Assembly: GCA_964035545.1 (NCBI GenBank)
Contig: CAXIUT010000229.1
Location: 1-48,714 of the forward strand
Source: Bugula neritina
Taxonomy: Eukaryota > Animalia > Bryozoa
DNA length: 48,714 nt
Reading direction: 5' to 3'
Positions 1-12,438 of the stretch are shown here, piece by piece. The translations under genes and the position numbers were made by a program. The notes under the pieces are model-generated. The model did not search any database. It saw only the letters and a program-made list of their open reading frames with translations, and was not told the DNA's origin. Position 1 is the stretch's first letter, and each line of letters opens with the position of its first letter.

Positions 1-75
1 CCCAACCCCAACCCCAACCCAACCCCAACCCCAACCCCAACCCCAACCCCAACCCCAACCCCAACCCCAACCCCA
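1..75 (+). repeat. Left telomere (CCCCAA)n
   Basis: About 12 C4A2 units starting at base 1 with CCCAA; one C3 variant. Tetrahymena-type telomere repeat. Confidence 0.98.
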
Positions 76-110
76 CATAAAATGATTGATATATATTATA
101 TTGCTTGAGT

Positions 111-438
111 ATTCGATAGATTTATTTATTTGATTATTCGATAGATTTATTTATTGATTATTCGATAGATTTATTTATTTGATTATTCGATAGATTTATT
201 TATTTGATTATTCGATAGATTTATTTATTTGATTATTCGATAGATTTATTTATTTGATTATTCGATAGATTTATTTATTTGATTATTCGATAGATTTATT
301 TATTTGATTATTCGATAGATTTATTTATTTGATTATTCGATAGATTTATTTATTTGATTATTCGATAGATTTATTTATTTGATTATTCGATAGATTTATT
401 TATTTGATTATTCGATAGATTTATTTATTTGATTATTC
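111..438. repeat. Subtelomeric 25-bp tandem repeat (ATTCGATAGATTTATTTATTTGATT), about 13 copies
   Basis: Near-identical units with no spacers; one unit is 24 bp. Confidence 0.95.
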
Positions 439-489
439 AATAGTATGATCGAATATGCTATTAATTATAGATAAAAGAGGAATAATCAA

Positions 490-840
490 TCAATAGTCTT
501 TCCACTCTTTGATGGTTTATTGATACTGATTTTAGCATTTCATACATTTGACTGTTTTAATATAGGTGATATATTTTCCATATATTCTCTATTTTCTAGT
601 TGTCTTTCCTGCATATTTACCATCTTTGTCATACTGTTTATCCTATCTGTCGATATCTTTAGCTGCTTCTTATTATCTTATCTTCTACTTACTTATTGTC
701 CTTTGACTAAACCATTTATCACACTTTTTGCAACTACCCAACCACCCTCCCAAACATATTAAACCACCTATCACCACTCCGATTCCCAATAAAACTCCTG
801 CTGTCTTGGCAAATCCGTTGTTGTCAATAGATCTGTCCAT
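490..840 (-). CDS. Small hypothetical protein with N-terminal Gly-rich transmembrane segment
   Basis: ATG 840 gives MDRSIDNNGFAKTAGVLLGIGVVIGGLICLGG; open to TGA at 490 under UAR=Glu. The downstream frame is ambiguous (possible indel in a G run near 745). Confidence 0.5.
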
Positions 841-982
841 CCTAATCTATATTATATGTTAATTATGATCAATACCAATAATTCATCTTTATATTTTAGT
901 TTATATATTTATTTTAGATAGCTAAGAGATGATAAATAGTTTGTCTAAAATAATTTTGATTTGTCTGTTTATAATAAATTGA

Positions 983-1809
983 ATGTCATTGAATTCTCCT
1001 CGTTCGAATAAACTAGATTTAACTCCAAAGATAACTGACACTCGTACGACTGTGCTCCGTTCGAGTCCTTTTTCAATAAGTCGACATCATCTTGATGATA
1101 GCTAGATGTACATAGATAATCAGTCAGGAGGAAAGTCTTCAACTACGATGGATATAATCCTAAATAACATAGAAATAGAAAATATAGCTATCAAGCCTAA
1201 TATAGAAATTGTATCAATAGTAAAATCAGTCAAATATCCCCATCTTCTCATCAATACTAAACTGATAAACATAGAAATAACGATTAGTACTATCATGTCA
1301 ATCAACCTAGTAGGAATCAGCAAAAACCTAAATATAGTACACAAGAAGCTCCATACTTTAATAGCAGCAATGGACGACCGAAACGAGCTCAAACTGAGAA
1401 CCAAGATTCAGGGTATTAAACGAAAACAAAAGAGTACCAGCAGCTAACTGAAAGAATAATAGCTAATGAAGAATATGGAATGAGATAGATGCATAATGCT
1501 AGGAAGAAGATTGAAAAGTAGGCCAAAAAGTTAAGAAAACTATTTAAAAGAAAAGTAAAAAAAGATCTATAATAAGCCAATTAGATAGAATATCTTCAAA
1601 AATAGATAAAATCTATGAAGATGCAAACTTTATAGCTATAAAAATAGAAATGGGAAGAAGGAATCAATAAAAAAAATAAAGGATATAATTTGGATAATCT
1701 TTAAATCAATAAATTAAGAGGAAATCTTATCCTTAATAAACCACCTTATCAGCAAAAATACCCTTCAGGCAATTCAGATTCCTCATTTTCATCTTTCTAA
1801 TTCGAATGA
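983..1809 (+). CDS. Hypothetical coiled-coil protein, one 20-nt intron (1108-1127)
   Basis: ATG 983; removing GTACATAGATAATCAGTCAG gives a 269-codon frame ending TGA at 1807-1809. Confidence 0.6.
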
Positions 1810-1825
1810 TATAATTCATCAATAT

Positions 1826-2973
1826 TCAATCAAGTCCCATTGTCCTTACAATTGTATCAGTGATGTTAGTCCTGGCTTCGATCAGCAAGGTGTTGATTGA
1901 AGTTGGATGCACTCTTTGAGTGAGAATAACCACAATCAGATTTTTATCTCTGTCTGCCCATATTGAAGTTCCTGTGTAACCTGTATGTCCGAATGAGTTG
2001 AGAGAGAAGAGAGTGCCGCAAGGAGGATGGGTTTGGATAGGAACTGTGTCCCAGCCTAAGGCTCTTCTGTTGTCATAGGGAAGGCCATCTTCTCTTGTGT
2101 AGAAAGTTTAAACAGTTTTTTCTGAGTAGATTCTGGTTCCATTGGGAAGTAGGCCTTTATTGAGGTGTATTTGCATATATTTTTCCATATCTTCTATAAT
2201 AGAAAAGAATCCTGCATGCCCGGCTACTCCACCAAAGAGATAAGCTGTCGGATCATGTACTTATCCTCTAATAACTCTCTTTCTCGCAACTAAATAACAA
2301 TATATCTACCACTATATTATGTCGGTGCTATTCTGTACGTCTTTTCTCTTTCAGGAAGATAGCTGGTATTCCAGATCCCCATCGATATCATCATTTCTTT
2401 AGCATATATTTCTAGAGGTTTTTTCGTGATTCTTTAGACGATTTATCCAAGTAAGATGAAGGAAAGGTCGCTATATACAAATTTTGATGCGATAGGGTAG
2501 TTAAGAGTACAATTATAGGTCCATTGTATGACTTATGATTTAGTTTTAGGAAGTGTTCCTGGATAATCTGGTAGTAGACCAGCATTATGAAGTAATAAAT
2601 TTTTTATAGTAGTTTTTTATTTGTTGTTATTGGCATATTCAGGAATAAATCTACTAACCAAATCATTTATATCCAACTGACCTTGGTCATACAGTTTCAT
2701 GACCGATGATAAAGTAGCTGTAACTTTAGTGACAGAAGCCATGTCGAAGATAGTATTGTTATTGAAGAAGGGAGAGCCAAAGGGTAGATTGTTATGTGAT
2801 AGATGTCCAAAGGGAAGGTTATAGATAGTATGAGTATTATTGGATATTCTGAGTATACCTCCCTTGAATGCTCCATTTGATTGATAGTAGTTTACGATGT
2901 CTTATACTTGTGTCCAGTCGTACTGTTGGCAGTAGATGGTAGCAAATATTGTGATGAGTATTAATAATTTCAT
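1826..2973 (-). CDS. Secreted beta-lactamase-family (AmpC/PBP-like) serine hydrolase
   Basis: Signal peptide MKLLILITIFATIYC; motifs FDMASVTK (SxxK), LLLHNAG, YSD, GEVHD, FGHTGYTG; 20-nt intron near 2290-2309; 376 codons after splicing. Confidence 0.9.
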
Positions 2974-3001
2974 ATATAATCGAAGTTAAATCAGTTAGCC
3001 T

Positions 3002-3656
3002 ATGAAAGCTATCGACAACACTAAGCAGTACTTTATCTTTAAAGAAGAGAAAGCATGGAGTTAGAACAAAATGAAAATCCACAGAAGAGGTTGGGTGAGA
3101 TGCAGAATAGTAACAAAGACAAAGAAGCTATGATCATTCAACTATAAAAATAGATAGTTGAGTTGTAGGAGGGTAATAAGAAGTTAGAGGAAGAAGCAGT
3201 GAAGTACTAGAAAGAGTGGGATTAGATGCAATAAAAACAATAATAATAAAGTACTATCATTGATATAAAGAAAATTAGAGTGAAGACGAGGAGTAGATGC
3301 AAAGTTGGATCTAAAATGTCCAGAAAAACAACGGATTGTCCAAAGAGGCAATTAATTCGTTGCTATCGATTGAATTTTAGGGGGAACATGAGATGTAAAT
3401 ATTGTGTAAATAAGTTGTCCATCGTGTTATGGCTAGCTGGTTCAAGGTTAACTATGTACATATTTGCCTTGTTCGCATTTGTTCCATAAGAATTGTATCG
3501 AGAACCATTTGAAGGTGAATAAGTTTTGTTTGGCATGCCAGGAGCCAGTGGTGTTGTGAGGTACATGATGAGATAGTTATATATATTTAAAGATATTCAT
3601 GATAAAAGATAAAGTGGTGGCTATGATGAAAAATAATGGGTAATAAATGAAGGATG
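3002..3656 (+). CDS. Hypothetical protein, acidic coiled-coil N-terminal half
   Basis: Coding-like frames with a probable 20-nt intron at 3251-3270 and TGA at 3654-3656. Start is uncertain (3002 or 3055) and there is an apparent 1-nt indel near 3463. Confidence 0.45.
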
Positions 3657-3667
3657 ATCTATAATAT

Positions 3668-4112
3668 ATGACTGAGCTTTAAAAATACAATAAATTGGCG
3701 GATCGTTTACGAGACTTAGAGAGTGCCTGCAGTCGAGACCAACTCTCAGAATTCTACTTTAAACAGCTCGAACGACTCGAAATAGACCTTCTTCTCTCCG
3801 AACTAGAGGTAATGATCTACATATTGAGGTGGCTGAGCAGTAGAAGCAGTTGAGTGCTTTATAGAGCAAAATAAGCATCATAAAATAATAGCAAAAACGT
3901 ATATTTGATGATATGCAGAAAACTAGCCTTAGAAGCGAGTGATGGAAAGTAGTAGCGAGTAGTTGATATGGTAGTATGGGTGTGGAGTGAAGTAGTGCGG
4001 ACGTCGATTCGAGAAAGAAGGCAATTTACGTCTACATTCTGAGTTGGTGCATGGGAAAGGTAGTAAGTTTCGGGAAGCAATGGTTTACACCATAGAATTG
4101 TAGTAGTAGTGA
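3668..4112 (+). CDS. Small coiled-coil protein with a C-terminal C2H2 zinc finger
   Basis: Two 20-nt introns (3809-3828, 3899-3918); YGCGVKECGRRFEKEGNLRLHSELVH; 135 codons. Confidence 0.75.
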
Positions 4113-4154
4113 TTGTAGAATGTTATTTTATGGTGTATTAATATAGAGATATAT

Positions 4155-4830
4155 ATGGATAACTAACCTGTTCCTGTTAAACTTGTTATTGTTGGTGATG
4201 GAGCCATCGGAAAAACTTGTATACTTGTCAGGTACTACTTCATTTCATACAGTTTTGTTTAAAACAGATTTCCTAAAGACTACGAGCCTACCGTCTTTGA
4301 CAATCTTACCACCACCATCAAGATCGACGGAAAGATCATTAACCTAGGATTGTGGTAAAAATAATATTAGCTAGGGATACAGCTGGTCAGGAAGAGTTTG
4401 GACGATTGCGACCTCTTGCTTATCCAGGTACAGATGTCTTCCTGATTGCCTTTTCTGTTGTTGATCCTTCATCTTTTACCAATGCTAGAAAAAAAGTACA
4501 TCCTCATCTATCTAGTGGTACCCAGAAATTCAAAATGTGGTTCCTGCTGCAGTCAAAATATTTGTAGGAAATAAAGTAGATCTCAGATAAACTGCTGCCA
4601 AAAATGCAAAAGATCCAAAGTCAGCACCAATAGCCAAAGATACAGCTAAAGGAGTAATTGAAGGATAGCTAAAATGCAAATATCTGGAATGCAGTGCTTT
4701 AACACGAGATGGATTGAGATAAGTCTTTGAGGAATCAGTGCGAGAAGTTCTCAGAAGAAAAGCTGGAGGAAGAAGTGAAAAAGGAATGAAAAATAAAGAT
4801 GGATCCAGTTGTAACTGTCAATTGATTTGA
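4155..4830 (+). CDS. Rho/Rac-family small GTPase
   Basis: [43 protein letters not shown], CaaX box CQLI; introns 4232-4252, 4355-4374, 4496-4515; 205 codons. Confidence 0.95.
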
Positions 4831-4994
4831 GATAACATATTTATACCAATATTTTTATTTTTGAGAATTATCATTGACTTATCAATATGGGAATTTGCAT
4901 AAGCAGTTAATATATAAGCTAAGATTAACCGTCCTCTATATATTAGATTAGTTTATGCGCAAGACCAAACCTAAGCCGATTCCCATCGACTTAG

Positions 4995-5285
4995 ATGCTC
5001 AGGGAGATTCAGGAGAGGACCAGCAAGAGGGACGCTAACCAACGCCACATGATTGCAGATAAAATATATTCACGTATGAGAGGATCAGTATCAGCTTTGA
5101 CCAGACAACCAACCCATGGAAGATCAAAAGGTGGAGGATTGAGATTCGGAGAGATGGAAAGAGATTGCGTTTTGACTCATGGAGCCGCCTCATTGATGAG
5201 AGAAAGGATGATGGAAGTGTCAGATTCCTTCAACATCTTTGCCTGCAAGAGAGTAAGAATCATCATGATCTCATTCAGTCAATGA
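4995..5285 (+). pseudogene. Isolated fragment of an RNA polymerase second-largest subunit (RPB2-like C-terminal region)
   Basis: [10 protein letters not shown]...[23 protein letters not shown]...HGAA...RERMMEVSD. Only about 70 aa of a subunit normally over 1100 aa, flanked by unrelated genes. Confidence 0.8.
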
Positions 5286-5796
5286 TCATCTATTATCATC
5301 TATTGTCTTTCTATTTTTATTTGAGTTTTTAATATTTTTCTAAAAAGGTGAATACTATATTTATTAAGAACTCTAAAAAGGTAAGAATTTGGAGTTCTTT
5401 CAATATTTTTGATGTTAATAATCAAATAGATGAAGATATATTTATCTTTATAACAATTTTAATTAAAATGAAGGTTTCAGAGGAGAAAAGATACATCCTT
5501 TTTTTGATTAGATAGTTAAAAATAATATTATTAATTGATATAATTATCATTTTATATGAACTTTAACATTCAGACAGCGATAAAAGTGATTAATCATGTA
5601 GAGAACCTTACATTCAGTATTGAAGGAACATCCCATATTACCATTAATACTGCATTCCTACAAGATACTCAACAGAAGTTGTTTATCTTTACATTTAAAT
5701 AGTTTAAATAGTATCATTAATTAATAGAATTGATATTTGAATCATAATCCCTATATTAGTCATTCCAGCTAGGATTAATCTCTATGACATCATAAT

Positions 5797-6483
5797 ATGC
5801 CTTCGATAATCCAACAATATCCCCAAATACTTAAAGGCCTTCGCAATGGTCTTTAGTATGGAAGCAAAGTTCGATTCGTGCATACTCTCGTTATGACACT
5901 TCTCTTCAAAGACATTAGACTTAATCAACTACCTATTCTACTCAAAGGTATCTTCTCCATGGCTGCTGAACATGGCATGAACCTTGGACTCTTTGTGGCC
6001 TGCTATAAAGCCTCCTATAAATGTCTCAATCAGCTATTTGGTACTTCTTCCTTGAACCATTTCATGGCTGGACTTCTTTTTGGAACTTTGATCTTTGGTA
6101 AAAGAACAGGAGTCAATACCCAAATCGTACTTTATCTTCTGAGCAGAGTAGCTATCGGTTTGGCAACTCTACTGTATACACGTCTTTGTAAGATAGGCAA
6201 ATCTAAATGTTCCTTTATTGAGAAGGGGTATATGTACTATTTATTGGCTGCAGTGTGTTGGGGGACGGTTATGTGGTTGTTTTAGAGAGATAAATCTCTT
6301 TTGCAGCCAAGTTTGAGTCAATCTATGACATTTTTGTATAAAGAAAGTGACCAGGTGAGCAGTTGGTCTGATTTGATTCCTTATTATCCTAAGAAAAAGA
6401 AGAGAGTGAGAAGAACAAGTAATCAGTAGTAACAAATTAGATAATAACCTAAATAGCCTAAATAATAAAAGAAATAGAGATGA
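5797..6483 (+). CDS. PXMP4: Peroxisomal membrane protein 4 (PMP24, Tim17 family)
   Basis: LKGLRNGLEYGSKVRFVHTLVMTLLF, QIVLYLLSRV, WLFERDKSLLQPSLSQSMTFLY match the PXMP4 pattern; TGA at 6481-6483. Confidence 0.9.
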
Positions 6484-6539
6484 TATTTTTAGATTTGATA
6501 ATATTAAGTAATGCATATCAAGTTTTAGCATATAAATTG

Positions 6540-7702
6540 ATATAATCTACATGAATTTATTTGATCTATTAGATTTTTCTATCTAGTTTTTTACTATTGA
6601 TTTTTATTTATTCTTTTTATCTTTTTATTGTTTTTATTTGTGATATTTTTTATTTTTATTGTTATTCTAGTTGCAGTATTATGATTTATTTTTCCAAGGT
6701 GTTTTTCGGTTAATTTAAATCTCCATCATCTTATATTTTTTAATTGGTTCCTTCTGTTTTAAAGGCCCCAATAGATAGCCGTTGTTTATCATCTACGTTA
6801 TTCCAGTTTTTATTGGTACCTAGTGGTGTTAGAGGACTTCTTTTTTATAGCGATTGACGATAGACTGGTTACTATTTACTGATTTAGTATTGATATTTTA
6901 GTTTTTAAACCTATCCTATTTGTTTTTCTATGGTTTTATTGGTCTGTTTTATTTATTTTTTGAGTGTCTATGATTGTTGTTTCAATTATTATTTTAGTTG
7001 GTATTGTTGCTAGTTATAGTTATGTTCGTGTTGATTGGTTGTTCTCAGATGATTGCATAGTGATATGAATTATTTCATTTAGAAAATAGACAATTATTGT
7101 TTTATTTTCTATTTCTAATTATTGTATTTATTGTTATCTTCCTACAATTGTTTATTTTATTTTTGTAGTTATTCACTCCATTAGATTTAATGTTGGTATT
7201 CTTTTTGTTTGTCTTAGTATGATCCTATTAGTTGTCTATTTTATTGTTATAAATTTTGAAATCTATCTATTATTTGTTTTATGTCTGCCAATTAGTATAT
7301 ATTCTCACCTACTCGTTCAAGAACTAGCATTATCGAGGTTTGAATTTATTCGTCGTATTGCATTATCTTAAGAACTAACTCTGTATTCAAGTCACTGTTG
7401 ATACATAAGTATAGTACTAGATCTATAAGTTGCTAAATCTCTAAAGAACTCATTAGTTTATTTCTATATTACTTCTTAATCTTCTTCATCTATTTCTGAT
7501 AAAGATATTTCTATATTTCCACAATAACTCCATGATATACTTTAGCATGATCGGAACAGTCTATATATCTTTATAGTTCAACAAAAAGAATTTAATCTAT
7601 TTTGGTTAGTATTTTGATGAGCTAGGTGATGAGGACATCTTAGTTGTGAGTGTTTGATGGCTAGATATTGAGGGCTGCCAGCATGAGTTGTAGTAGCCAC
7701 AT
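6540..7702 (-). CDS. Coiled-coil protein with HOOK-like N-terminus (3' end approximate)
   Basis: ATG 7702; EIEQLIDLVLYLCINS...KIMQYDEEIQTSIMLVLE resembles the Hook-domain pattern; E/K/Q-rich coil follows. Confidence 0.5.
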
Positions 7703-7750
7703 GCTATTCGTTAACTATTATATAATATTAATTAGTTTCACTATTTATAG

Positions 7751-9389
7751 ATGTCTAAAGCTAAACCCAAAGGAAAAGATAAAAAAAATTAAATACTATC
7801 TCCGTATATACTCTATTACATAGATAACAAGAAATGATAGAACAACAGAAGAGGTAGGTCTTGGAACAAGAGTTTACCATCAAACGACTACAAGATCGAT
7901 TGAGTATTATGTATCTAAAAGATGATATAGGGCAGAATAGAATCATATTTTTACTACTACTCGAGATAAGACGCAGCAGGAGTATTAGGAAAGAGTCGAT
8001 AAGCAGGTTAGAAATAGAATATATAGAGAATTATTATTGAATCCCATTAAAATAACATCAAAGAAAATAGACTCAAAATTTATGATCTTGAAGTTGTTAA
8101 AATGACTCACTAAAATAAAATAAAAGATCTATAAAAAGAACTCAGTACTATCTATCTCATTTAGAGGAACAATAAGCAATGAAGAACAGATAGTTTTAAG
8201 ATTACAGACGTATTACTCAAAACTAAATAAACAAGTTGTAGATTCAACTCAAGGAATATAACGTTTATATGAGTGAGAGAGATTAAATTAGCTATATGAA
8301 CAAAAACTTAAAGGAAACACTATAGGTCCATAAAGAGGATAAGACTCGTGAGTTGGCTGATAAGTAGAGGTAGAAAGTGCAGGCGATTGACAAGTTGAGA
8401 GACGAGATGTTGACTAAAATAAAAGATATGAGGTCTAATTTGCTATCTCTTAAAAAGTAACAGCTGGATACGACTACTCGGCTGGCAGTGTTGCAAAATC
8501 ATCAGTTGACTAGTGAGTTGTAGTTCCAATCGAAGCAGTCTTAGAAGTTGATTTTTTAGAATTAGCAACTTTTGAAGAAAGTGAGTAATCTTCAAAAGGA
8601 TTTGTAGATACATAAGTAGATATAAGAGTAGTTGGCAAAGAGATCTCATTATTCTAGAGGAATAATAAAGAAGTTGACGAATAAGATAGCCTAATTGTAA
8701 GAGAAGATGAAGTAGTAATCGTCGAAATCCCCTCAGAAGATAGAAGAGAATAAATCGTTGTTGATAGAAGATAATAAGAAAAGTGAGATAATAAAGACAT
8801 TGGATAAATCTTTGTAGAATAACTAGAAGAAATATATAAAGTTGTAATCTTAGAATAGTATGGTTAAAAATTAGTTACAAAGTATTAGAAATAAACTCAA
8901 TAAATATTAACAAAATACACATAATATTGTATCCATTCTGTACAAAGTTTATAATTAATTTTAAGAAGATAACCTAAAAGCGTAAGAAAAAGGCTATAAA
9001 ATAGATCTTAAAAATATTAGACTAAAACCTGTTGAAGAATGGTCAAGATAGTAACTGAGGTTGGTACTTAATGCACTACTTCAACAAATATCTGGTTTTA
9101 TTAATCGTAAAACTTTGACCTTGCCTCCTCCCTTGAAACAATAGGAGTATTCTGTACTCGATAGTGATGACACAATCAATAACATCAAACTACCAAGTAA
9201 TTAGTATTAAATATAGAAATAGGAGAGCATTCTACTAATAGCAAGTTGGAGCTGTCGATGAAGTTGAAGGATTTGCCTGTGGGTATCGGTAGCAAGTTGG
9301 TGGGGAATCAGATTCGGGAGTGGGGGAGGACAGTTCACTCAAGTTCTCATGCAAATTTGACAAGGAAGTATAAGATGTATGATAAATGA
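7751..9389 (+). CDS. CFAP157-like ciliary coiled-coil protein
   Basis: MSKAKPKGKDKK start; IKRLQDRL, DKLRDEMLTKI, LDTTTRLAVLQNHQLTSEL, LAKRSH...IIKKL resemble CFAP157; several ~20-nt introns (e.g. 9197-9216); TGA at 9387-9389. Confidence 0.6.
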
Positions 9390-9400
9390 TATTTCTATTA

Positions 9401-12266
9401 TCATAAGTGACTATAGTAGTCTGGGTATAGAGGCATCTTTTTTCTGAAGGTTTAAATGTCTGGGAATAGTTGGAAATTGATTTATTTGGCTATTCTTTCA
9501 CTTTTGAGTTATTTTGCCTTCTCTAGAGTAGGTTTTGCTATTTGATGGATTTCGAATATTCTGGTGTTGTTGTAGAAGATGTGATTTAAAAATCTGAATA
9601 AGCTAATGGGTACTATTTGAATTATTGGATGGATATTTGTGGTATAATTTATATTTATTTTTATTTTTTATCAAACTCGTAAGAATGTTTTACAATTTAT
9701 GTCCAAAATCGATTGGCTTCTGCACTTAGATTTTTATCTTTTTGTTTTTTAGTATCCAAAAGAGCACTTTTATACTCTTAAAATGTTTTTTCATTCAATT
9801 CCTATATCTTTTATTTCAATATCTATTGAATAAATTTGTCAACATATTGTTGTAATTAATATGTATTTTTAACATTGCTTTGAACTAAAATCGACATCCC
9901 GATTACTCCTCTATGATCATCAGATAAACACATTACTATATATCCTAGTTGTTATTTTGTACGGAGGTAATCGAAAGCTGGCTCTTTCACAAATGATTGA
10001 GCTAGTTCTTGAAGTAATTTTGTTTTCAAGTTTAAATGCTAGTATTGGTAATGCACTATCAGGGAGCTATTGTCCTATTACTAGGAGAGAAGAGTCTACT
10101 CAACTGCGCATACTTTGTTCAAAGGTAGAAATATTGGTCGAATTGTTCCGATTAATGATTTGTTTAAAGGAGAAGAACATTTGCTTGCAAAATTTTATAC
10201 TTATTTTGCTATTTTTAGACCTTGATTTTAATTTAGGTTTCCTGTCATATAAAATTATAAATATAATTTACTTTTCCAAGTTTTTGCATAATGAACAAGA
10301 TCATCAAGAGTAACCTGATCGATACCTTTAAGTTTTTAAGTAGGTGACGAGGATCCTCCTTATCTGAGTGCATTTATGATGGCATTATAGGCAATTTGAT
10401 AGGGGTTATTGAGGAAGTAGTTGGCATATTATTTTTTTTGTTTTTATTTTAAAGTCGAAAACAGTTGTTTATCACTGGGAATGAATTATAATATCTGCTG
10501 GAGGTATTAGTTGGTAAATCTATCGAAAGAATCCCTGAAACCAGCGATTTTGATGTTAAGAGTATAGTATGAACTAAAAGAGAAACTTGAATCGAGTTCT
10601 GCCATTTCTGCCATGTATGCAAATTATCTTAATTTTTATGTTAGCATTTTTTCAAAAAGAGATCTTACTATTTCTTATTTGACTGAGGTTTGACCGGTGA
10701 AGTAAACTCGAATATCAAGTTGTGCTTTTGGTAATTTAAATTAATGATCTTATTTGAAGTATACCTAGATAACTTCTGATTCGTATAATTTTCTGGGGAG
10801 ATTTTTAGTTCCAAGAGGAAGAATATTGAGGTCATCAGGAATGAAAGGGTTACGTTCTGGCAGAGCAATAGAACATGGTCTTGGAGTTAGTTCTTAAAAT
10901 GGTTTTACGATATATTTTGTCTGGTAAATGGGCTCGACCTAAGTGCATTATTGTTAATATGATTTTGATTATGCGAAAATAAGAAGGTTGTCTGTTTTTA
11001 GTTGTTGAAGGTAGTTTTTAATAAGTTGTGGTTTGTAGTCTTCCATCAAATAGGCATAAACTAGTACTTATTACATTTTTCTTTTGTGAAGAAGTTTGGC
11101 AAGTCTAGAACAGTAGTTCATTCCTTATGATTTTTGTAAAAAGTCAAATTTCATTAAATTTACTCTCTTGATCTATTCAATAACCCACTTTTCAGGCTCT
11201 CCTGATTTAAGCATCTAGATGTATTGAAGAATATATCCAATGATCTCTTGAGTTTGGCCTAGTCCCTTGTCTGAAAGTTGAACAGAAACTTAAAATTATG
11301 AATAGCAGTTGTAGCTATCTGATCCTCCAGCTGAGAGGGAAGTGGCTAGTCCTTCACTGATGAGAAAACTGAGTAGTGAACCTTTTCCTTAATGTCCAAG
11401 CAAGTGGGAGATATACTTAGCTGGGGAATATCGATAATGCATCTCTTGATTTTCAATGACCCAAGTCAGCTAAAGGGTTCTTTTGTCTTTTACTGGTACT
11501 AGTTTAACTACTTTTCCATAGATAGTTTAAAAAGGGGAATCTTTCATTTGGAATTTGCTGTATTCTTTATTTTTAATATCACTGAACTTCTATTCAACCT
11601 ATTTGGTTAGCTTTTCAATATCTTCTTGCCCATAGACGACCAATTTCATCAAATTTGAAGAATACTTGCTGTTGTAGAAGTTGAAAAGCATTTCTCTGAG
11701 GTTGGGATTGCCTAGAGATTTTTTATCTCCTGTTGAAAATTTATGATAGGGGTGGTCTGGTTTAGCTAGATGTTTGCTTAAGTGGTACTTTCGCCACGAA
11801 TCATTCTGTAAATTTTTGGAATGCTAGCTGTGAACTGCATTTAATTCTCTTTATGAGGAAGAGTCGAGCATCAAGGGATCAATGAAGAACCTTGAAAACC
11901 TATCAAGAGCTCCTTAAAAGGCTCCATGTGCAACTTAGAAGAAGAAATTTGTTTATTCTAGAGAGGTGTAGGCATTATAAGATCCTGCATTCTTGCTGAG
12001 GTACTAAATAAATTTTGATTTACTGTGCTGTATTCATTTTATTCTGGATATTTGGACGTTCCCATGAAAAGCATGTGTTCTAGATAGTGTGCTAGACCTT
12101 GTGCTTCTTGTGGATCTAGTAGAGATCCGATGCCAACGCTAAGAGCTGCTCCTGATTTTTGTGCATCTTTATCCGAGATGACGAGGCATTCTATGTTGTT
12201 TTTCAGGATCAAAGGTTGATAGATGCGTTTGTCACTGAGACTTTTGATGACTTTGGATATGCTCAT
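9401..12266 (-). CDS. IDE: Insulin-degrading enzyme / insulysin (peptidase M16A)
   Basis: GLAHYLEHMLFMGTSKYP (HxxEH), NAVHSEH, HLLGHEG, FDYLRTKEQLGY; intron at 12004-12023, and the frame requires at least one more. Confidence 0.93.
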
Positions 12267-12371
12267 AAATTAAATATTATTCAAATATAATCAAAAAATG
12301 ATAAAAAATGATTCTTATCAGAAATGAATAAAACATAAAAATATTCTAAATTAACTTTCTTCTTTATTTTA

Positions 12372-12438
12372 TTGGGGTTGGGGGTTGGGGTTGGGGTTGG
12401 GGTTGGGGTTGGGGGTTGGGGTTGGGGTTGGGGTTGGG
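12372..12438 (+). repeat. Internal telomeric tract 1, (GGGGTT)n
   Basis: About 11 units, two G5 variants, ends TTGGG. Confidence 0.97.

Noticed and set aside
111-438. CRISPR array
   Set aside because: No unique spacers, no cas genes and a eukaryotic context; the same applies to the 30-bp repeat.
5556-5790. Possible small ORF starting at ATG 5556
   Set aside because: No recognisable motif, it runs out of frame into PXMP4, and long open frames are expected by chance with a single stop codon.
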